36,812 bases of DNA from an uncultured Gaiellales bacterium (GCA_964498265.1 CAZCIJ010000001.1:1-36812), one strand, 5' to 3'. Shown: positions 8,282 through 17,043, numbered from the stretch's first letter. A program made the numbers and translations. The notes: generated by a model not told the origin, from the letters alone.

Positions 8282-9157
8282 TTGAAGAATGAGGTCTTGG
8301 AGAGCGAGCCAGGGATCGTAGATCCCTGGCTCGCTCTCTGTCGCGAGGCGGCGGGCGACGTGCGACAGGCGCTCGCCGAGCTGCCGACACGGCTCGAGCG
8401 GGAGGAGAGCCGCGGCATGGGCCAGGGCGGCGACATGACGACGGCGATCGACGCCGTCGCCGAGTCAGCGGTGCTCCGCCGTCTCGAACGCCTGCACCGC
8501 GAGACGGGCGTCGGGTTCACGCTCGTCTCCGAGGAGGTCGGAGAGGTCCGCTTCGGGTCGGACTCGGACTGGCGCGTGATCGTCGACCCCATCGACGGCA
8601 GCGTGAACGCGAAGCGCGGCATCCCCTTCTTCTCGCTCTCCGTCGCCGTCGCGCGCGGAGCCACGATGGACGACGTCGTCTTCGGCTTCGTCCAGGACCT
8701 CGGAAGCGGTGAGGAGTGGACGGCAAGCCGTGGTGGTGGGGCCTCCCTCGACGGCGCTCCGCTCGACGGCGTCGGCCCCAAGCCGGAGATCGAGATTCTC
8801 TCCTTCGAGGCGACGGAGACGAGCTTCGTCGTCGAGCGGGCGGCCGCCTTCCTCGCCCTCGCCCCACGGATGCGCATCATGGGCTCGCTGGCGCTGTCCC
8901 TCTGTCATCTCGCCGCAGGCCGCGTGGACGCCGTCGTCTCGCTGAAGCCGATCCGCAGCGTGGACATCGCCGCCGGCCAGCTGCTCGTGCGGGAGCGCGG
9001 GCTCTGGCTCGCTCTTGCCGACGTGACGGAGCCCTTCGGGGCGGCCGCGCTCGACGTCACGGCGCGCTCGCGCGTGGTCGCAGCCCCGACCGAGGAGGCG
9101 TGCACGCGACTGACGGCCGCGCTGGGGGCCTGTCCGGAGAGTGGCGGCGGTGGATGA
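8282..9157 (+). CDS. Inositol monophosphatase / FBPase-family phosphatase
   Basis: In-frame TTG at 8282, 4 nt after an AAAGGAG SD. Motifs VSEEVG, WRVIVDPIDGSVNAKRGIPFFSLSVAV, GSLALSLCHLAAGRVDA. The last ~10 codons and the TGA lie inside the repeat at 9126-9296. Confidence 0.8.
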   Translation: MKNEVLESEPGIVDPWLALCREAAGDVRQALAELPTRLEREESRGMGQGGDMTTAIDAVAESAVLRRLERLHRETGVGFTLVSEEVGEVRFGSDSDWRVIVDPIDGSVNAKRGIPFFSLSVAVARGATMDDVVFGFVQDLGSGEEWTASRGGGASLDGAPLDGVGPKPEIEILSFEATETSFVVERAAAFLALAPRMRIMGSLALSLCHLAAGRVDAVVSLKPIRSVDIAAGQLLVRERGLWLALADVTEPFGAAALDVTARSRVVAAPTEEACTRLTAALGACPESGGGG

Positions 9158-9296
9158 CACGCGGCACGTGCCGCGAGGCAAGGACGCAGGGAGCGCCCTA
9201 CGCTGGTGCGTCGCGTTACGACGGGCGCGACTGAGGACGCCGCATCGCGGTGCGTGCCGCGTGTCAGGCGCTCCCGTTCACTTTCCGGACAGGCCC
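9126..9296. repeat. Copy 1 of a ~165-171 bp long-hairpin (MITE-like / structured-RNA-like) repeat with termini GGGCCTGTCCGGAGAGTG...CACTTTCCGGACAGGCCC
   Basis: Its reverse complement aligns end to end with 29914-30075. The outer arms are nearly identical and the centre is variable. It contains an internal 14-bp arm pair, GACACGCGGCACG/CGTGCCGCGTGTC. Confidence 0.85.
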
Positions 9297-9559
9297 CCAG
9301 CGTGGGGGAACACCTGGTTCCCCCACGGACCCCCTCCTTGCGAGCGCCCCGGGCTCCTTGGACGGAATCGGAGCCGGCGGCTCGCAGCCGAGGTCCGATG
9401 TCGCCTCTCGTCTGTTGGGCCTCCCGCCGGGCCAAGCCCGGCTTCGGCGGCCCTTGGTTACGACCCAACGTCCGGAAGAACGTGTCCCAAGACCACGAGT
9501 TTCCGCCACCAAGAAGGACTGGGGCATGACGTGGCGCGCGGCGGCTACCCGCGCGGAGC
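9297..9559. other. Unassigned non-coding stretch with nested helices (candidate ncRNA or long leader)
   Basis: No credible ORF. Nested pairings: GTTGGG(9414-9419)/CCCAAC(9464-9469) encloses CCGCCG(9424-9429)/CGGCGG(9445-9450), which encloses CCGGG/CCCGG. ATCGGA(9367-9372)/TCCGAT(9394-9399) also pairs. CTCCTTG occurs as a direct repeat. Confidence 0.25.
9301..9327 (+). terminator. Perfect 11-bp stem hairpin CGTGGGGGAAC-acctg-GTTCCCCCACG directly after repeat copy 1
   Basis: Seen directly in the sequence. Plausibly the original terminator of the IMPase-family gene. No U-tract. Confidence 0.35.
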
Positions 9560-10282
9560 GTGAGCGGCGTCCGCATCGGCTGCTCGGGGTGGAGCTACGC
9601 CCACTGGCGGGACAGCGTCTACGAGGGCGCGCCTCAGCGGGTGTGGCTGGAGCGCTACGCGGCGCTGTTCGACACCGTCGAGGTGAACGCGACGTTCTAC
9701 CGGCTCCCCACCGTGGAGGCCGTCCGCGCGTGGGCCGAGCAGACCCCGCCGAGCTTCGTCTTCGCCGTCAAGGTGAGCCGGTACCTGACGCACGTCAAGC
9801 GCCTGCGAGACCTCGCGCCCGGCGTGGAGCGCTTCCGGGAGCGCATCCAGCCGCTCGCCGACGGCTCGAAGCTCGGCCCCGTGCTCTGGCAGCTGCCAGA
9901 GGGCTTCCACCGTGACGATGCGCGGCTCGAGTCGGCGCTCGAGGCGCTGCCGCCCGGTCGGCACGCGTTCGAGTTCCGCCACGAGAGCTGGTTCGCTCCG
10001 GAGGTGGAGGATCTGCTACGAGCCTACGGCGCCGCTCTTGCGATAGGCGACCATCCCGAGCGGCCGTTCCAGACGCGGGCGCTCACGGCCGACTGGACGT
10101 ACCTGCGCTTCCATTACGGCTCGCGCGGCAGGGACGGGAACTACTCGGAGCGCGAGCTTGCGGGCTGGGCGGAGCAGATACGCTCGTGGCGGCGACAGGG
10201 CGACGTCTACGCCTACTTCAACAACGACTGGCGCGGCTTCGCGGTCGCGAACGCGATGACGCTCCTGCGCGAGCTCGAATAA
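9560..10282 (+). CDS. DUF72 (UPF0759, YecE-like) protein
   Basis: 240 aa. IGCSGWSYAHW, FDTVEVNATFY, FVFAVKVSRYLTH, WQLPEGF, FEFRHESW, YAYFNND are typical of DUF72. Confidence 0.85.
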   Translation: MSGVRIGCSGWSYAHWRDSVYEGAPQRVWLERYAALFDTVEVNATFYRLPTVEAVRAWAEQTPPSFVFAVKVSRYLTHVKRLRDLAPGVERFRERIQPLADGSKLGPVLWQLPEGFHRDDARLESALEALPPGRHAFEFRHESWFAPEVEDLLRAYGAALAIGDHPERPFQTRALTADWTYLRFHYGSRGRDGNYSERELAGWAEQIRSWRRQGDVYAYFNNDWRGFAVANAMTLLRELE

Positions 10283-10307
10283 GGCCTGGACCCACGCTCT
10301 GCGCTGC

Positions 10308-10313
10308 TAGCCT
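10308..10313 (+). promoter_or_regulatory. Extended -10-like TGcTAGCCT, 7 nt upstream of the mrp ATG (leaderless-type promoter candidate)
   Basis: TGn + TAnnnT at the recurrent spacing, with no SD. Confidence 0.4.
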
Positions 10314-10320
10314 GGGAGCG

Positions 10321-11418
10321 ATGGCCTCCCATGAGGAGATCCGCCGCGCGCTCGAGCGCGTCATCGATCCCGAGCTGCAGCGCTCCGTCGTCGAGCTCGA
10401 GATGGTGCGAGACCTCGTCGTCGAGGACGGCGACGTTTCGCTCACGATCGCGCTGACCGTGCCCGGGTGCCCGCTCCGTCACAGCTTCGAGGAGCAGGTC
10501 GATCGCGAGCTGCTCGCCGTGCCGGGCGTGCGCGCGGTGCGGCTGTCGTTCGACGTCATGTCGCCGGAGGAGAAGGCGTCGCTGACGGCGCGGCTCCGCG
10601 GCGGGGTCACGGAACGGCAGAAGGGCATCGCCGTCGACGCCTCGACGCGGGTGGTCGCGGTCGCGAGCGGCAAGGGCGGCGTGGGCAAGTCGTCGCTCAC
10701 CGCGAACCTCGCGGCTGCGCTCTCAACGCTGCGGCAGCGTGTGGGGGTGCTCGATGCCGACGTCTACGGCTACTCGATCCCCCGCATGCTCGGGATCCAG
10801 CAGCGTCCCGTGGCTGTCGACAACATGATCGTGCCGCCCGTCCGCGGCGACCTCAAGGTCATGTCGATCGGCTTCTTCCTCGACGAGAACGCGCCCGTCA
10901 TGTGGCGGGGGCCCATGCTCCACCGCGCGCTCGAGCAGTTCCTCTCGGACGTTCACTGGGGCGAGCTCGACTGGCTCGTGGTCGACATGCCTCCGGGAAC
11001 GGGCGACGTGTCCATCTCGCTGGGGCAGCTGCTCCCCCGAGCCGAGGTCGTCGTCGTGACCACGCCGCAGAAGGCCGCGCAGGAGGTGGCCGTGCGCGCC
11101 GCCGAGATGGCCCGCAAGACGAACATGCGTCTCATGGGCGTCGTCGAGAACATGTCCTACCTCGTCGGCTCGGGCGAGACGATCTTCGGCTCGGGCGGAG
11201 GCGAGGAGCTGGCGGCGACCATCGGCGCGCCCGTCCTCGGCAGCGTCCCGCTCGACCCGGCGCTGCGCGAGGCCGCCGACCGCGGAGAGCCGATCGTGCT
11301 CGAGGACGCCGAGGCGGAGTCCTCACGCGCGATCCTGGCGGTGGCCGAGGCGATCCTGCGCACGCAGCGCGAGCGGGGCGTCGGGATCACGAAGACCCTT
11401 CCGCTCGTCGGCGGGTAG
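10321..11418 (+). CDS. mrp: Mrp/NBP35/ApbC-family Fe-S cluster carrier ATPase with N-terminal DUF59 domain
   Basis: Start trimmed to the ATG at 10321. DUF59-like VIDPELQRSVVELEMVRDL..TVPGCPL. Deviant Walker A ASGKGGVGKSS. DMPPGTGD, and GVVENMSY. Confidence 0.9.
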   Translation: MASHEEIRRALERVIDPELQRSVVELEMVRDLVVEDGDVSLTIALTVPGCPLRHSFEEQVDRELLAVPGVRAVRLSFDVMSPEEKASLTARLRGGVTERQKGIAVDASTRVVAVASGKGGVGKSSLTANLAAALSTLRQRVGVLDADVYGYSIPRMLGIQQRPVAVDNMIVPPVRGDLKVMSIGFFLDENAPVMWRGPMLHRALEQFLSDVHWGELDWLVVDMPPGTGDVSISLGQLLPRAEVVVVTTPQKAAQEVAVRAAEMARKTNMRLMGVVENMSYLVGSGETIFGSGGGEELAATIGAPVLGSVPLDPALREAADRGEPIVLEDAEAESSRAILAVAEAILRTQRERGVGITKTLPLVGG

Positions 11419-11424
11419 GGGCTG

Positions 11425-12120
11425 TCAGAGCCCGATCGTCTGCCCAGGCTCGATCTCGAGGACGTCGGCGCCGGGGGCGAGCTCCTTGAGCATCCCGGGC
11501 GTCCCCGTGAGGGTGGGGAACGTCCCCCAGTGGCACGGGATGCACCGCCGAACGCGGAGGAGCTCGAGTGCGACGGCTGCTTCCTTCGGTCCCATCGTGT
11601 AGTGGTCGCCGATCGGCAGGATGGCCAGATCGGGCTTGTAGATCCTCCCGATCAGCTGCATGTCGCCGAAGACGCACGTATCCCCCGCGTGGTAGACACG
11701 GAAGCCGTTCTCGAACTCGATCACGACGCCCGCGGGCTCGCCGGCGTAGGTCCCGTCCGGGGTCGCGCTCGAATGGAAGGCGTTCGTCAGCGTGAAGCGC
11801 ACGCCCTCGACGTCCACCGTTCCACCCTTGTTGAGCCCGCCTGCGGCCCCGCCGGGGAACCCTTGCCTCTCGAGCCAGGCCGCGAGCTCGACCATCGCGA
11901 CGAGACGGGGCGAGAAGCGCTTCCCCAGCTCGACGGCGCTCGCCACGTGGTCGAAGTGCGCGTGGGTCACGGCCACGATGTCGCATCGCTGCGGCTCGAG
12001 CTCCGCCTCGGGACACTTGGGATTGCCCTCGAGCCACGGATCGACATACACGCGCTTCCCACCCGGGCTGTCGATTCGGAACGACGCATGGCCGAGCCAG
12101 GTAAGGGACGGGCTTGCCAA
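11425..12120 (-). CDS. UPF0173-family metal-dependent hydrolase (MBL fold)
   Basis: 231 aa. LTWLGHASFRI....K.VYVDPW, VTHAHFDHV, YHAGDT. TTG start preceded by AGGAGGA. Confidence 0.8.
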   Translation of the reverse strand: MASPSLTWLGHASFRIDSPGGKRVYVDPWLEGNPKCPEAELEPQRCDIVAVTHAHFDHVASAVELGKRFSPRLVAMVELAAWLERQGFPGGAAGGLNKGGTVDVEGVRFTLTNAFHSSATPDGTYAGEPAGVVIEFENGFRVYHAGDTCVFGDMQLIGRIYKPDLAILPIGDHYTMGPKEAAVALELLRVRRCIPCHWGTFPTLTGTPGMLKELAPGADVLEIEPGQTIGL

Positions 12121-12219
12121 GGAGATCCTCCTGTCGGTGTTCGGATCTGAGCGTACCTGCGGGAACCGCGCGAGAGGCGCGAGAACGGTTAGGGGCTGTC
12201 CGGGGTCTCGGACGGGTCC

Positions 12220-13695
12220 TCAGTACGGGTACGAGAGGACGGAAACGGCGTCCTCGATGACGCCGATGAGCGGATCGACCCCGAAGAAGGTCCCGACCCC
12301 CACGAGGAGCGCGCCCGCGATCGCGACGTCGAGGGCGCGGTCGCACGGAGGCGAGCCGCCCGCCGGTGCGAGCGCCAGGCTCACCGGGCGGCTGTACATC
12401 GCGCGGACGATGCCGAGGTAGTACACGATCGAGACGGCCGTGAAGACCGCGCCGACGATCATGAGCCAGACCCAGCCGCGCTCGTACAGCGCCGAGAAGG
12501 CGTAGAACTTCCCGAGGAAGATCCCCGTCGGCGGGAGGCCGATGAAGCCGAGCATGAAGAGCGTCATCGCCGCGCCGTGGAACGGCCTCTCCCAGCCGAG
12601 CCCGCTCATCGAGTCCACCGTCACCGGTCGGCCGCCGAGCTCCCGCTCGCGCAGGGTCACGACCGAGAACGAGCCGATCGAGAGGGCTGCGTAGGGTATG
12701 AGGTAGTAGAGGAGGGCCGTACCCCCGAGCTCGTTCCCTGCCGCAATCGGCATGAGCAGGAAGCCGGCGTGGGAGATCGAGGAGTACGCCAGGATGCGCT
12801 TGACGTTGCGCTGCGCGAGCGCGCCCAGGTTGCCCCAGACGAGCGAGGCGCACACGAGCACCGAGAGCGTGATCGTCCATAGCTCGGCTTCCTCCGGGAA
12901 CGCGGTCGTGAGGAGGCGCAGCGTCAGGACGAGCGCGGCGACCTTCGTGGCCGCGGCCATGAGCGCGCTGATCGGGCTGGGAGCGCCCTCGTACACGTCC
13001 GGCGTCCACTGATGGAACGGTGCGGCGGAGGCCTTGAAGCCGAGGCCCGCGAGCAGCATCGCCAGGCCGGTGACGAGCAGGAACCTGTCAGCCTCGCCCG
13101 CCGCGGCCGCGATCGAGCCGAACCCGACCGCGCCGGTGGCGCCGAAGACGAGCGCGCTCCCGAAGAGCAGGATCGCGGAGCCGAAGCTTCCCACGATCAG
13201 GTACTTGAGGCCCGACTCGAGGGCCGAGTCGCGCTCCACCGTGATCGCACACAGGATGTAGAGCGAGATGGAGAACCACTCGAGCCCGAGGAACAGCGCG
13301 ATCAGGTCGTTCGCGGCGACGAAGAACGCCATGCCGGCGACGGCCGAGAGGACGAGGGCATACGAGTCGCCGCGGCGCTCGACGCTGTCGCGCTCGCGGA
13401 AGAAGGCCAGCACCGCGAGCATGCCGGCGACGAAGAGGATGACGTGCGTGAGGTCGGCGAGCCGGTCGCGCACGATCGACCCGCCGAGGATCGCTCGGGG
13501 CGTCTCGTCCTGCGTGAAGAGCACGATCGCGGCCGCGGCGGCGCCCGCGAGCGCGATCGTCGCGGCGGCGGCCCCGACGGCGTTGCGGGCCGAGCCGGGG
13601 AGGAAGACGGCCGCGAGCATGATCACGGCCATGCCGCCGAGGAGGACGAGGTACGGAGAGAGCCCTGCCCAGTCGATGCTCGGGGTGTCGATCAT
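12220..13695 (-). CDS. nuoN: NADH-quinone oxidoreductase subunit N
   Basis: Start trimmed to the ATG at 13695 (MIDTPSIDWAGLSPYLVLL..), which overlaps the nuoM stop (ATGA). Motif FHQWTPDVYEGAPSPISALMAAATK. The N-terminal 495 aa of track ORF 12220..15180 is an alternate-frame artefact. Confidence 0.9.
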   Translation of the reverse strand: MIDTPSIDWAGLSPYLVLLGGMAVIMLAAVFLPGSARNAVGAAAATIALAGAAAAAIVLFTQDETPRAILGGSIVRDRLADLTHVILFVAGMLAVLAFFRERDSVERRGDSYALVLSAVAGMAFFVAANDLIALFLGLEWFSISLYILCAITVERDSALESGLKYLIVGSFGSAILLFGSALVFGATGAVGFGSIAAAAGEADRFLLVTGLAMLLAGLGFKASAAPFHQWTPDVYEGAPSPISALMAAATKVAALVLTLRLLTTAFPEEAELWTITLSVLVCASLVWGNLGALAQRNVKRILAYSSISHAGFLLMPIAAGNELGGTALLYYLIPYAALSIGSFSVVTLRERELGGRPVTVDSMSGLGWERPFHGAAMTLFMLGFIGLPPTGIFLGKFYAFSALYERGWVWLMIVGAVFTAVSIVYYLGIVRAMYSRPVSLALAPAGGSPPCDRALDVAIAGALLVGVGTFFGVDPLIGVIEDAVSVLSYPY

Positions 13696-15140
13696 GGCTC
13701 TCCGAACTGGGTGGAGACCGCGCCGGCCGGGTTGCCGTCGAAGCTGTTGTCGGTGATGCCGGCAGGCCAGAAGCTCAGGAAGAGCAGCACGGCCACGAGC
13801 GGCAGGATGGCGACGAGCTCGCCAGGGAGGAGGTCGCGCTGGCGGTCGTGGACGGCGGTGCCCTTCTCCTCGTGGAGCGAGGCCGAGATCGCGCGCAGCA
13901 TGTACATGGCCGCGAGCACAATGGCGATGGCGCCGACGACGGCCCAGCCCCAACCCCGGGCGAAGACGCCGTTCAGAACGAGGAACTCCCCTGCGAACGC
14001 GCTGGATCCCGGCACTGCGAGCGCGATGACGCCGACGGTGATCAGCACCGTCGCCAGGATGGGACGGCCCTTGGCCATCCCGCCGAGCAGCGCGAACCGC
14101 CCGGTCGCGGTGCGTCGCTCGATGCAGCCCGCCAGCAGGAACAACGCGGCCGAGATCAGACCGTGGTTGACCATCTGCAGCAGGCCGCCGTTCAGCCCCG
14201 AGTCGTTGACGGCGAAGAGCCCGATGACGATGAGGCACATCTGCGAGAGGCTCGAGTACGCGACGACGCCGCGGAAGTCGGGCTGACGGAAGGCGAGCAG
14301 CGCTCCGTAGACGAGCCCGATCGACGCGAGCGCGAGGATCACGTCGCGCATGTCCGAGGTGGGCACTGGGAAGTGCGCGATGGCGATGAAGAGGAAGCCG
14401 TACGCGGCCGTCTTCGAGATCACCCCCGACAGCAGCGCCGACACCTCGGCCGGCGCCTCGCGGTATGCGTCCGGGAGCCAGCCGTGGAAGGGCCATATCG
14501 GCGCCTTGATGGCAAAGGCGACCGCGAAGCCGAGGAAGATCGCGAGGCTGTCGCTGGTCCCGATCTGCGTCAGGTCGAAGGTGCCCTTCTGCAGACCGAA
14601 GGCCACGATCGCGACCAGCATGAGCAGCGAGCCGACCATCGTGTAGACGACGAACTTGACCGTGGCCGCTCGCGCGCCCGGGCCTCCCCAGACGCCGATG
14701 AGGACGTAGAGCGGGATAAGCATGGCCTCGAAGAAGGCGTAGAAGACGAGCAGGTCCTGGGCGCTGAAGACGCCCACCGTCGCGCCCGCGAGGAAAAGCA
14801 TGAGCCCGAAGTACGCGCGCGGACGTTCCCGGCCCGCTCTGAGGCCGTACACGATCGCGGCGACCGAGACGCCGATGGTCAGCCCGGCGAGCCAGAGCGA
14901 GAAGTCGTAGAGGCCGACCTTGTACGAGACGCCGAGCTGCTCGAACCAGACTGCGGTCGTCTCGTACTGGAGCCCGGGAGCGCCGTAGTCGAAGCCCGCC
15001 GCGGCACCGATCCAGAGTCCGAGCTCCGCGAGCGCGACGAGCAGCGCGAGCCACCCTGCCCGGCCGGCGGCACGCAGCGGCAGCAGCCAGACGGCGAGCG
15101 CTCCGACGAGGGGCATGAAGACGAGCCACGTGGTCAGCAT
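13692..15140 (-). CDS. nuoM: NADH-quinone oxidoreductase subunit M
   Basis: 482 aa polytopic protein. FAIKAPIWPFHGWLPDAYREAPAEVSALLSGV. Confidence 0.92.
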   Translation of the reverse strand: MLTTWLVFMPLVGALAVWLLPLRAAGRAGWLALLVALAELGLWIGAAAGFDYGAPGLQYETTAVWFEQLGVSYKVGLYDFSLWLAGLTIGVSVAAIVYGLRAGRERPRAYFGLMLFLAGATVGVFSAQDLLVFYAFFEAMLIPLYVLIGVWGGPGARAATVKFVVYTMVGSLLMLVAIVAFGLQKGTFDLTQIGTSDSLAIFLGFAVAFAIKAPIWPFHGWLPDAYREAPAEVSALLSGVISKTAAYGFLFIAIAHFPVPTSDMRDVILALASIGLVYGALLAFRQPDFRGVVAYSSLSQMCLIVIGLFAVNDSGLNGGLLQMVNHGLISAALFLLAGCIERRTATGRFALLGGMAKGRPILATVLITVGVIALAVPGSSAFAGEFLVLNGVFARGWGWAVVGAIAIVLAAMYMLRAISASLHEEKGTAVHDRQRDLLPGELVAILPLVAVLLFLSFWPAGITDNSFDGNPAGAVSTQFGEP

Positions 15141-15142
15141 CG

Positions 15143-17043
15143 CTACTGAACCGCCAGGAAGACGATGACGAGGACGGCAAGCCCGCCGGCGATCAGGAGG
15201 GCGTAGAGGCGCAGCAACCCGCTCTGGGTCGCCGCGACGCGTCGAGCGAGGTCGCCGACGTCACGGGCGACCTCGCCGGCCGTGCCGAGGACGAGGGGCC
15301 GCTCGACGACTCGGTACAGGCCGACGGCGAGCCTCACCGCCGGCTCGTAGAAGAGCCGGTCGTAGAGCTCGTCGAAGAAGAACTTGTGCTCGAGCGTGCT
15401 CGCCGCCCACGGAGCGCGTGCACGCAGCCGCGCGACGGCGTCGCTCGGCCGCCCGTAGAGCAGCCAGGCGAGGAAGACGCCGATGAGCGCGGCGGCGACC
15501 GACATGGCGACAGAGAAGACGAGCAGACCGCCGCTTGCCTCGGGGATCGATTCCACGGCCGGGTCGAGCCACGTGTCGACGGCGGCCCAGCCTCCCGGGA
15601 CCTGGAGCCAGCCGGCGAAGGCCGCGAGGACGGCCAGGATCGCGACCGGCCACATCATCACGAGCGGCCCCTCGAAGCGCTCCCTGTGCAGATGGGCGCG
15701 GACGAACGGGTCCTGCCTGCCGAAGAAGACGATGTAGACGAGCCGGAATGTGTAGAGCGCCGTCAGGAGAGCGCCCACGATGCCGAGCACCCACATCGCG
15801 ATGCCCAGCGCACCTGCGTCGATGGCGCTCGACAGAATCGAGTCCTTCGAGAAGAATCCCGAGAACGGCGGCACGGCCGCGAGCGAGAGCGCTCCCACGA
15901 GAAACAGGCGGTACGTCCAGGGGAGCTCACGGGCGAGGCCGCCCATCTTGCGGATGTCCTGCTCGGCCGAGAGCGCGTGGATGACGATGCCCGCGCCCAG
16001 GAAGAGGAGCGCCTTGAAGAAGGCGTGCGTCATCAGGTGGAACATCCCGGGGCCGTAGGCTCCGAGGCCGACGCCCACGAACATGTACCCGATCTGGCTC
16101 ATGGTCGAGTAGGCGATCACGCGCTTGATGTCGGTCTGCGCGAGGGCCACGAGCCCGGCGAGGACGATGGTGACGCCGCCCAGGATCGCGGCCGTGTCGT
16201 GGACGATGGGCGCCAGGTCGAAGAGGACGTTCGCGCGCGCGATGAGGTAGACGCCGGCGGTCACCATCGTGGCCGCGTGGATGAGGGCTGAGACCGGTGT
16301 CGGGCCCTCCATCGCGTCCGGGAGCCACGTGTGGATCGGCACCTGCGCGGACTTGGCGACCGCGCCGCCGAGCAGGCCGAGATGAGCACGGCGACCGCGC
16401 CTCCGCGCTCGATCTGCTGGGGGGCCTCCGCGAAGACGCCAGCGAAGTCGAGGACGCCGAGCTGCTGGATGAGGAGGAAGAGGGCGAGCGCGAAGGTCGC
16501 GTCGCCGAATGCGTTCATGATGAAGGCCTTCTTGCCGGCGGCGACGGCGGTCGGTCGCCGCCACCAGAAGTTGATGAGCAGGTAGGACGCGAGCCCGACC
16601 ATGCCCCACCCGGCGAGCAGGAGCAAGAGGTTGCCGGACATCACGAGCAAGAGCATCGAGAAGACGAAGAACGCCTTGTAGGCGTGGTAGCGCCGCTCCT
16701 CGTCGTCGCCGCGGAGGTACCCGGTCGCGTACGCGAGGATCAGGAAGCCGACGCCGGAGACCACGAGCATCATGAAGACCGACAGCGGGTCGACGTAGAT
16801 CTGCATCCCGACCTCAAGGTCCCCGGCCGTCAGCCAGGTCCAGAGCGTCGAGGCGTGGGTCCTGTCCTCGGGCGACTCGCTCAGCAGGCGCCCGAAGACG
16901 TAGGCCGTGCAGAGGAACGATCCGAGCACCGAGCCCGCCGCCACCAGCCCGGCACGGCGGCGCGAGATCCTCTCGCCGAGCAGCGCGATGAGCATGACCG
17001 CGCCGGCAGGCGCGAAGAGCGCGGTCCAGGCGGCTGCGATCAC
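15143..17043 (-). pseudogene. nuoL: NADH-quinone oxidoreductase subunit L, split into two frames by an apparent 1-nt deletion near 16380 (authentic frameshift or sequence error)
   Basis: N-terminal part is track ORF 16261..17043, good up to ..ERGGAVAVLI. C-terminal part is track ORF 15143..16609, good from ..LGLLGGAVAKSAQVPIHTWLPDAMEGPTPVSALIHAATMV. Together they make one normal NuoL. Confidence 0.9.

Noticed and set aside
9126-9296. Self-cleaving ribozyme (hammerhead) or retron msr/msd inside the repeat
   Set aside because: A CUGAGGA string exists on one strand, but there is no correctly placed GAAA or helix arrangement for a hammerhead. There is no reverse transcriptase gene nearby for a retron.
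9264-9326. 20-codon minus-strand ORF (VGEPGVPPRWGPVRKVNGSA) preceded by a strong AAGGAGG
   Set aside because: Most of it lies inside the terminator-like hairpin and the repeat element. It has no compositional or homology support. The SD-like string is the complement of the CCTCCTT repeat and is likely coincidental.
9297-9559. Known housekeeping RNA or riboswitch (RNase P, tmRNA, SRP/4.5S, cobalamin, TPP, 6C) in the unassigned region
   Set aside because: The signature strings are absent on both strands: GAGGAAAGUCCGGGC for RNase P, GGGG..CCACCA with a T-arm for tmRNA, GGAAGCAGCC-type for SRP domain IV, the GCCACUG B12 box, and CUGAGA for TPP. GUCCGGAAGAA only superficially resembles the SRP loop.
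12190-12219. Third, degenerate copy of the repeat terminus (GGGGCTGTCCGGGgtctCGGACGGGTCC) just after nuoN
   Set aside because: It shares only about 11 of 13 bases with one terminus and has no internal element sequence. It is more simply a short GC-rich hairpin downstream of the nuoN stop.
16261-16609. Programmed ribosomal frameshifting as the explanation for the two nuoL frames
   Set aside because: There is no X-XXY-YYZ slippery heptamer, no rare or hungry codon context, and no obvious downstream pseudoknot at the junction (GTGCTCATCTCGGCC). A single missing C restores a textbook NuoL sequence.
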